From an uncultured Candidatus Entotheonella sp. (lineage in GTDB: Bacteria; Tectomicrobia; Entotheonellia; Entotheonellales; Entotheonellaceae), in contig OZ244252.1 in NCBI GenBank assembly GCA_965217185.1, forward strand, positions 864,001 through 928,000: a DNA stretch of 64,000 nucleotides, given 5' to 3'. How positions within the stretch are numbered: position 1 is the first letter of the stretch; each line of letters begins with the position of its first letter. Below, one piece after another: positions 57,478 through 64,000 of this stretch. A model generated the notes under the pieces. The model was not told the origin of the DNA, did not search any database, and was given only the letters and a program-made list of their open reading frames with translations. The translations under genes were made by a program, and so were the position numbers.

Positions 57478-59838
57478 GTGCCACTGAACGAAGCCGACAC
57501 CTGCCGCAGGTTCGTCGTCCCCAAGCTCCAGGCCGCCGGCTGGGATACCCCGCCGCACGCCATCAACGAGCAGCGTACCCTGACCGACGGGCGCGTCCTC
57601 TTTGCCGGCGGCACGGCCCGGCGCGGCCGGCAGAAACGCGCCGATTACCTGTTGCGCTACCGACCCGACTTCCCAATCGCTGTGGTCGAAGCCAAGGCGC
57701 GCTACAAACACGCCGCCGAGGGGCTGCAACAGGCCAAGCAGTACGCCGAGATGCTCGGCCTCGCCTTCGCCTACGCCACCAACGGCGAGGGTATCGTCGA
57801 GGTTGACTACACCACGGGCGTCGAGCGCTCCATCGCCGAGTTTCCCACCCCCGACGAACTATGGCGGCGGTTGCGGGCCGTCGAGAACCTGGACGACGCG
57901 GCAGCGGAGAAGCTGCTCACCCCGGCGTATCCCGACCGCACCAAGCCGCTCCGCTACTATCAGGAAATCGCCGTGCACCGCGCCGTGCAGGCCGTCTTGC
58001 AAGGCCGCCGCCGCATGTTGCTGACGTTGTGCACCGGTTCGGGAAAGACGGCGATTGCCTTCCAGATCTGCTGGAAGCTGTGGTCTGCGCGCTGGAACGC
58101 CAAGCACACAGGCCGAAGGCCGAAAATACTTTTCTTGTCCGACCGCAACTTTCTGGTGGACGACCCCATGGCCAAGGACTTCAGCCCGTTCGGCGACGCG
58201 CGGCATAAAATCACCGCCGGGCGGGCGGTTACGAGCCGCGACATGTACTTCGCCATCTACCAGGCCATCGCCCACGACGAGAACCGGCCCGGCCTGTACA
58301 AGGAATATCCGCGCGACTTTTTCGATCTGGTCATTGTCGACGAATGCCACCGCGGCAGCGCGCGGGACGACAGCAACTGGCGCGACATCCTGGAATGGTT
58401 CGCGCCGGCCACGCAGGTCGGCATGACGGCCACGCCGCGGCGCGAGGACAACATCGACACCTACGACTATTTCGGCGACCCGCTCTACGAATACAGCTTG
58501 GCGCAAGGCATCGACGATGGTTTCCTGGCGCCCTACCGCGTGCACCGGGTCATTACCGACACCGACGCCTCCGGCTGGCGGCCCAACAAGGGGGAACTGG
58601 ACCGCTACGGCCGGGAGATTCCAGACAAGGAATACACCACCGGAGACTTCGAACACATCGTGGCGCTGCGGGCGCGCACCCAGGCCATTGCACGCCACCT
58701 GACCGACTTTCTCAAGCAGACCGATCGCTTCGCCAAGACCATCATTTTTTGTGTCAATCAGGAACACGCGCTGGAAATGCGCCTCGCCCTCGCCAGCCTC
58801 AACGCCGACTTGGTGCGGCAGTACCCGGACTACGTGTGCCGGGTCACCGCCGACGAGGGCGACGTCGGGGCGGCCCACCGCGCCCGCTTCCAGGACGTGG
58901 AAACCCGCACCCCGGCCATCCTGACCACCTCGCACTTGCTTACCACAGGGGTTGACGCGCCGACCTGCAAAAACGTCGTCCTGATCCGCACCGTTGGCTC
59001 CATGCCCGAATTCAAGCAGATCATCGGGCGCGGCACCCGGCTGCGGCCCGATTACGGCAAGCTGGCCTTCAACATCATCGACTACACGGGCACCGCCACC
59101 GAGAAATTCGCCGATCCTAACTTCGACGGCCAGCCGCTCGATACCCGTAAGGAAACCCTCAGCCTCGAAGGCCAAGTGCTGCAGACGGAAGTCCACGACC
59201 CGCCTGATGAGACGGGCTACGCGGCGGTCCCGGAAGACCCACCGGAGGACTCAGCCGACGACCTGCCACGCAAATTCTACGTGGACGGCGGCGAGGTCGA
59301 AATCATTCGTCACTTGGTCTACGAACTCGACCCCGAGGGAAAGAAGCTCGCCTGCCGGCGGCTGACCGATTACACCGGCGACAAGGTTCGGACCCTGTAC
59401 CCGAACGCCCCTGCTCTTCGTCGAGACTGGCTCGATACCGACCGCCGTGCCGGGATTGTCGAACAGCTTGCGGAGCGCGGCATCGACCTGGAAACGCTGG
59501 CGCAGACGGCCGGCAACCCCGAAGCTGACGCCTTCGACCTCTTGTGCCATCTGGCCTACAACGCCCCGTTGCGCACCCGGCGGGAACGCGCCGACCGCGT
59601 GAAGCGTGAGGAAAACGACTTCTTCGCCCGCTTCGGACCCGAGGCACGCGCCGTGCTGGACGCCCTGATCGAGAAATACGCCGAACACGGCAGCGCCCAA
59701 TTCAAGCTGCCGGACGTCCTGGAAGTGCCGCCCTTCAACGGGTGGGGCAACGTCGTTGAACTCGCGTCGCGCTTCGGCGGCAGCCACCGTCTGCGGGAGG
59801 CTGTAAACGACTTGCAGCGCTTGATTTACGCCGCTTAG
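57478..59838 (+). CDS. hsdR: Type I restriction enzyme R subunit (EcoAI/EcoEI-like)
   Basis: NEADTCR, ADYLL...VVEAK nuclease, TGSGKT, DECHRG, MTATP, QIIGRGTR, TRRERA C-terminus. Confidence 0.92.
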   Translation: MPLNEADTCRRFVVPKLQAAGWDTPPHAINEQRTLTDGRVLFAGGTARRGRQKRADYLLRYRPDFPIAVVEAKARYKHAAEGLQQAKQYAEMLGLAFAYATNGEGIVEVDYTTGVERSIAEFPTPDELWRRLRAVENLDDAAAEKLLTPAYPDRTKPLRYYQEIAVHRAVQAVLQGRRRMLLTLCTGSGKTAIAFQICWKLWSARWNAKHTGRRPKILFLSDRNFLVDDPMAKDFSPFGDARHKITAGRAVTSRDMYFAIYQAIAHDENRPGLYKEYPRDFFDLVIVDECHRGSARDDSNWRDILEWFAPATQVGMTATPRREDNIDTYDYFGDPLYEYSLAQGIDDGFLAPYRVHRVITDTDASGWRPNKGELDRYGREIPDKEYTTGDFEHIVALRARTQAIARHLTDFLKQTDRFAKTIIFCVNQEHALEMRLALASLNADLVRQYPDYVCRVTADEGDVGAAHRARFQDVETRTPAILTTSHLLTTGVDAPTCKNVVLIRTVGSMPEFKQIIGRGTRLRPDYGKLAFNIIDYTGTATEKFADPNFDGQPLDTRKETLSLEGQVLQTEVHDPPDETGYAAVPEDPPEDSADDLPRKFYVDGGEVEIIRHLVYELDPEGKKLACRRLTDYTGDKVRTLYPNAPALRRDWLDTDRRAGIVEQLAERGIDLETLAQTAGNPEADAFDLLCHLAYNAPLRTRRERADRVKREENDFFARFGPEARAVLDALIEKYAEHGSAQFKLPDVLEVPPFNGWGNVVELASRFGGSHRLREAVNDLQRLIYAA

Positions 59839-59850
59839 GAGGAGAGCCTG

Positions 59851-59872
59851 GGAGCGCGGGCATCCTGCCCGC
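59851..59872. repeat. REP-like hairpin
   Basis: GGAG-C-GCGGGCA-TCC-TGCCCGC (perfect 7-bp stem). Confidence 0.55.
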
Positions 59873-59927
59873 GTGGTTCAGTGGATAGGGGCTGGCCAAC
59901 CCTTATACCGGTGCGTGGCCGTGCATA

Positions 59928-59993
59928 CCCCCCACCGGCTCGCCTGCGGGCTACGCCCTTGTTTCGCCGACTCCCCCTCAAGGGGTGAGTGAT
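59928..59993. repeat. GC-rich structured repeat-like element
   Basis: CCCCCCACCGGCTCG...GACTCCCCCTCAAGGGGTGAGTGAT with a terminal hairpin; single copy in this window. Confidence 0.45.
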
Positions 59994-59997
59994 TTAC

Positions 59998-61305
59998 GGT
60001 ACAAACCGGTAACATCCTTTACACATTAAACCGGGAACATGGTTTACGTTTAAGGTATCGGGCGAAGGAGGATTCGCCGATGCCTTGGAAAGAGACGTGT
60101 ACCATGGACCAACGCATTCAGTTTATCGCCGACTACTTGAGCGGTTGCTACACCAAGAGAGACCTGTGCATGCACTATGGCATCAGCCGACCCACTGGCG
60201 ACAAGTGGATTGAGCGCTATCACAGCCGTGGCCCCGAGGGACTCCATGACCTTTCACGAAGACCCCATCGACACCCTGACACCACCGCACCCGAGATTGC
60301 CGAGCGCATCGTGCAGATGAAGCTCGCCCATCTCAGCTTCGGACCCAAGAAGGTCATGGATCGACTCCGCGCTCTGGAGCCCGACAATCCCTGGCCAGCC
60401 GACAGCACCGCCGCCGACATCCTCAAGCGAAACGGCCTGGTCAGGCAAAGGCGCAAGCGCCGCCGCGTGCCGCCGGACCCGCACGCCCTGGTCACCTGCA
60501 GCGCCCCGGCGCAGAGCTGGAGCGCTGACTTCAAGGGCGACTTCCGACTCGGCGGCGGCCAACGCTGCTACCCCCTGACCATCACCGACAATCACAGCCG
60601 CTTTATCTTGCAGTGCCGCGCTCTGAGCCGCATGACCACGGCTGCCGTCAAGCCCTGGTTCGAGTGGGTGTTTCGGGAGTATGGCCTGCCCGAGACCCTG
60701 CGCACCGACAACGGCGCACCCTTTGCCTCGCTGGCCGCCGGTGGCCTCAGCCAACTCTCAAAGTGGTGGGTGCGCCTGGGTATTCGTCCGGAGCGCATTC
60801 GACCGGCCACGCCCAGCGAAAACGGTCGCCATGAACGCATGCATCGCTCGCTCAAGGAAGCGGTGATCAATCCGGCAGCCAGTAGCTTTGCGGCGCAGCA
60901 GAGGCGCTTCGACGCTTTTGTCGAGGAGTTCAACTGGCAGCGTTCTCACGAAGCCCTTGGGCGCCTGACGCCAGGCAGTGTGCATGAGGTCTCGCGGCGT
61001 CCCTATCGCGCCAAGCTGCCGGCGGTTGAGTACGACCGTGGTGTCACCGTGCGGCGGGTGCGGCGCACGGGTGAGTTCAAATGGCGAGGGCGGCTGATCT
61101 ATCTCTCGGCGGTGCTGGCCAAGGAACCCATCGGTCTGGTTGCTTGTGACAACGACTGCTGGGAGATTCGCTACAGCTTCCATCTTCTGGGTGTCCTGAA
61201 TGACCGTACCCATACGATTACCCATGCCCGACAGTGGCATCAACGTGAGTCAACCGTGTAAACCGTGTTCCCGGTCTATTTTGTAAACGATGTTCGGCTT
61301 GCACA
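59998..61305 (+). mobile_element. IS481-family insertion sequence, about 1.3 kb
   Basis: About 50-bp imperfect TIRs, each with two AACA..TTTAC boxes; right end reads TGT on the minus strand, left end GGT; no target duplication seen. Confidence 0.85.
60080..61261 (+). CDS. IS481-family DDE transposase
   Basis: MPWKET, GISRPTGDKW HTH, WSADFKG, TDNGAPF, NGRHERMHRSLK. Confidence 0.93.
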   Translation: MPWKETCTMDQRIQFIADYLSGCYTKRDLCMHYGISRPTGDKWIERYHSRGPEGLHDLSRRPHRHPDTTAPEIAERIVQMKLAHLSFGPKKVMDRLRALEPDNPWPADSTAADILKRNGLVRQRRKRRRVPPDPHALVTCSAPAQSWSADFKGDFRLGGGQRCYPLTITDNHSRFILQCRALSRMTTAAVKPWFEWVFREYGLPETLRTDNGAPFASLAAGGLSQLSKWWVRLGIRPERIRPATPSENGRHERMHRSLKEAVINPAASSFAAQQRRFDAFVEEFNWQRSHEALGRLTPGSVHEVSRRPYRAKLPAVEYDRGVTVRRVRRTGEFKWRGRLIYLSAVLAKEPIGLVACDNDCWEIRYSFHLLGVLNDRTHTITHARQWHQRESTV

Positions 61306-61361
61306 CAGGTTTCTCTAAGTTCCTACGCGGTATCCCCTTTCTTCGCCCGCCATCTTTTTCG

Positions 61362-61493
61362 TCTGCCGATCATCGAATCTGGCAGGATGTCTATTATGTG
61401 CCGTCTGAGGCAGGGACGCTATATGTGAAGTTCACAGCCGATGCTGTGACCGGATTTCTACTCCTGTCGTTTAAGGGAAAAGAAGATGACTGA
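61362..61493 (+). pseudogene. MqsR toxin, 3' remnant
   Basis: ADHRIWQDVYYVPS...LYVKFTADAVTGFLLLSFK; no recognisable N-terminal half. Confidence 0.75.
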
Positions 61494-61707
61494 TCCAATA
61501 TGCCCGGAAACCGGTACGCCGATGAAGCGCGGTGTCGCGCCGATGACGATCTCCTACAAGGACCGGTCGGTAACGTTCGAGATGCCCGGCTGGTATTGCG
61601 ACGAATGCGGTGAGAGCATCCATACCGGTGATGATCTGGATGTCTCCGTTCGGGTGCTGGATCGACTCAAGGCCCAGCAAGAAAACCAACCGCTCAATCC
61701 GCTGTGA
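61486..61707 (+). pseudogene. MqsA antitoxin N-terminal Zn-finger part (HTH missing)
   Basis: CPETG...MTISYK...MPGWYCDECGESIHTG; stops at 73 aa, before any HTH. Confidence 0.75.
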
Positions 61708-61905
61708 CCGCTAGGCCAACCCTATCTTCTCACTGAGTTTCTCCGGCACGGCCCGGCAACGACGGTCGAGACACTCGTTAAGCCAATATGCGGACGATGC
61801 GCGTCGCAATGCGGGCCATCCGCACAACCCGCTGCAGGTCTGGCTGCCATTCAGTTTGTTGAAAATCCCCTCCGGCCCGCCTACCTCATCCCCGCGGCTG
61901 GTAGA

Positions 61906-62277
61906 TCATGTCAACGCCTCAATCGTCACGGCGCCATTCTCGATCACGTCCATACTGAGACGGTGACCCCTGAGCAATCCCATTCCAACGAGGGGATTGG
62001 TATCGGCCGAGCTCACCGCCACCGTAAGGGCTTGACCGTTCCACGACACCGTTCCAACGTACGCGTCGAACGTGTGCATGCCGCCGTCGGCGAGCAGGGC
62101 TTGACCGCGACCTTTCCAGGGCAGATTCAGTCGCCGGATCAACGCCGGTGGAAGTGTCAGATCACCGGTGAAGCCAGTGTCGATGATGGCGTCGATTTCC
62201 TGCGTCGCGCCAGTAGCAGCGCGCAGGGCCAGTCGAATGATCGCCTCGGAATTCCCGCTTACGGCACCCTTAATCAT
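61906..62277 (-). CDS. Clan AA (retropepsin-like) aspartic protease
   Basis: AIIDTGFTGDLTLP, ALLADG, PLVGMGLL. Confidence 0.88.
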   Translation of the reverse strand: MIKGAVSGNSEAIIRLALRAATGATQEIDAIIDTGFTGDLTLPPALIRRLNLPWKGRGQALLADGGMHTFDAYVGTVSWNGQALTVAVSSADTNPLVGMGLLRGHRLSMDVIENGAVTIEALT

Positions 62278-62549
62278 GTCAAGCCACTGGCATGCGCAAC
62301 TCCGAACCGGTGTAACGCCCGGTGTCCGATACGGACCAACCACGGTTGCGCAGCCGGACAACGCGCAAAGAGACGTTCGGAGGCGGCAATCGGGTCGTCC
62401 GCTACTTCAAACTCCTCGGTCTCGACGTCAATCGCCACAACCCTGCCGGTGTTGCCTTCTTCCACCTGCGGCCTCACCCGCTTCTCGTAAATCGCCTGAC
62501 CACGCCGGGCGAACTCCTCTTTGCTGTAACGCGGCTGTCTCACTCCCAT
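62274..62549 (-). CDS. Small hypothetical protein coupled to the aspartic protease
   Basis: PRYSKEEFARRGQAIYE...GRVVAIDVETEEFEV...WLVRIG; ATGA overlap with protease; GAAGGAG SD. Confidence 0.8.
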   Translation of the reverse strand: MGVRQPRYSKEEFARRGQAIYEKRVRPQVEEGNTGRVVAIDVETEEFEVADDPIAASERLFARCPAAQPWLVRIGHRALHRFGVAHASGLT

Positions 62550-62664
62550 CGTGGTCTCCTTCTTTTGCCTGGCCGGAACTCACCAAATCCCGTTTTGCTG
62601 GATGACGCCCCCACCAGACCACCAACGATTGCGCCGATGATCGACGCGATGATGGGAACGGGGA

Positions 62665-62997
62665 TCATCTTTTGCTCGATGCCTCATCAATGTACCGCCG
62701 AGCCAGTTTCACGAAATCCTCAAGTTCCGGCTCGGTCGTCTTCAAATGCAAGTGCGAGTCCAGAAATTCCTTGCTCATGCCTTCGTTGCGGACGAGCCCG
62801 CCAAATGCTTCGTCCAGGAACGAGGCCGCGAGACCGTCCACGTCGTCGAACGTAACCGCTACCCGCGCGTCGTCCGTCAGGGCGGGGAGCAGCCATTCCT
62901 TGCGGAAAGCGGTTGCGTTATATTCGCCGTCGGCAGGATAGCGGCCGGCAGGATACGCGGAAAAATTGTTGGCGATTGAGATTGTCACCTTGTTCAT
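62665..62997 (-). CDS. STAS-like (DUF4325-type) protein
   Basis: FSAYPAGRY...FRKEWLLPAL...VTFDDVDGLAASFLDEAFGGL. Confidence 0.8.
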   Translation of the reverse strand: MNKVTISIANNFSAYPAGRYPADGEYNATAFRKEWLLPALTDDARVAVTFDDVDGLAASFLDEAFGGLVRNEGMSKEFLDSHLHLKTTEPELEDFVKLARRYIDEASSKR

Positions 62998-63098
62998 GCG
63001 TGCACCTCGCCCGCTGGATCAACGTTGCGTCTGTGATGGTTGAGCCTATCCTTGCCTGGACGGGTCGGGTTTCTCAAGGACATTCCCTTCATTGGATG

Positions 63099-63150
63099 TG
63101 GCAGGATGTCTATTATGTGCCGTCTGAGGCAGGGGCGCTACACGTGCAGT
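63099..63150 (+). repeat. Second copy of the mqsR internal fragment (direct repeat of 61380-61431)
   Basis: 36 bp identical (TGGCAGGATGTCTATTATGTGCCGTCTGAGGCAGGG); 48/52 overall. Confidence 0.9.
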
Positions 63151-63399
63151 CGGGTAGGTGCATATTTCATGGACACCGGCGCCGCGGTTTGAGTTCGATG
63201 AGCGGCGGACCCACTTTCAGGCCACGCTGCCGGCGGTCCTACACCAACCGGTTAACGTCCAAACGAATGCTGGCCGCCACATGGCGGCTTTGTCCGAAAA
63301 GTGTAACCCAGACCGCACCGACCCCAACCGCGCTTTCAATGTGCATGCCTGGGCAGCTACAAAAGACCTGGGAAGCCTGACAAGCGAGGAGTGAAAGCT

Positions 63400-64000
63400 A
63401 TGTTGAAACGTTTGCAGATACGCAATTTTCGCGGTTTCAACGATCTCACCATCGATCAACTGAGTGGCATCAACCTCGTTGCCGGCAAAAACAACTCCGG
63501 CAAGACCAGTTTGCTTGAGGCACTTTTTCTGTTGGCTGGTGCCGGAAACGCAGAAATGGCACTGAACGCGAATGTCATACGCGGCTTCGAATCAAATGGC
63601 GTTCAGGCAAGTGAGCCTTTCTGGAAACAGCTTTTCTTCGACCTGGACATAGGGCAATCCCTTGAGATTGAGGGGATGCATACATCGCAGGGTCGAATGA
63701 ATTTGCAAATCGCCTCTGAGCGGCAATCTACTGTGAAGGCCCCGCTTGATCCTAGGGACAGAATTTCGGAGACGAACCTCTTTGACGAACGTTCGCTCGT
63801 ATTTCAGTACACCGGGGAGGCTTCAGGAAATCCGATTAAAAGCCGTATACGTCGCATAAAGCCCCAGGAAGTTGAAATCAATCAGCCTGCTACGAATTCC
63901 CCATTTCAGGCGACCATTTTGTTGTCCCGAACTCGGAGTATCCGTGACGATGCCATCAGGCTAGGCAGGTTGAGACGACAGAAACAGGGAGACCTGCTTG
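63400..64000 (+). CDS. AAA/ABC-type ATPase (AAA_15/AAA_21-like), runs off window; not in ORF track
   Basis: MLKRLQIRNFRGFNDLTIDQLSGINLVAGKNNSGKTSLLEALFL; open to 64000; GAGGAG SD. Confidence 0.88.
   Translation, partial: MLKRLQIRNFRGFNDLTIDQLSGINLVAGKNNSGKTSLLEALFLLAGAGNAEMALNANVIRGFESNGVQASEPFWKQLFFDLDIGQSLEIEGMHTSQGRMNLQIASERQSTVKAPLDPRDRISETNLFDERSLVFQYTGEASGNPIKSRIRRIKPQEVEINQPATNSPFQATILLSRTRSIRDDAIRLGRLRRQKQGDLL

Noticed and set aside
59894..61724. GGCCAACCCT present on both sides of the IS region
   Set aside because: Only 10 bp and far from the IS ends; not a target duplication and plausibly chance
1..64000. CRISPR array, rRNA, prophage or integron integrase
   Set aside because: No regularly spaced repeats, rRNA-like sequence, phage structural genes or tyrosine recombinase seen by eye

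Overview
64 kb of chromosome from a GC-rich bacterium. The gene content (Lpt, RpoN, CxxxY-type Ccm, an F420-type LLM oxidoreductase, tandem CaiB proteins) would fit a Deltaproteobacteria-like or Ca. Tectomicrobia lineage, but that is inference only. Positions 1-28 kb are mostly housekeeping: rbfA-truB-rpsO-pnp, then a long minus-strand run with a degenerate EF-G paralogue, squalene/phytoene synthase, apt, a MerR regulator, der, rpoN, lptBAC, tsaE, glmM, ftsH, tilS, four tRNAs, an isobutyryl-CoA-mutase-type large subunit and a variant (System I*) ccm operon with two extra genes. Positions 28-57 kb interleave core and metabolic genes with small accessory inserts: an orphan atpI-atpB ending in a MITE-like element; an unusual nuclease plus small phage-type Dam methylase pair; thrS; pspA; a LysW-carrier lysine operon (lysWXY-[TA insert]-ZJ) that runs into asnS where lysK would be; clpAS; Fic; two double-domain CoA-transferases flanking pemIK; and a non-canonical crotonase. 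Positions 57-64 kb are a decayed defence/mobile patch: orphan hsdR, REP-like repeats, an IS481-family element, mqsRA remnants, an aspartic-protease gene pair, a STAS-like gene and a partial AAA ATPase. Two real small genes are missing from the ORF track: ccmD (21439-21615) and lysW (38715-38879). No CRISPR array, rRNA or prophage was seen. All family assignments come from motif recognition by eye; no searches were run.
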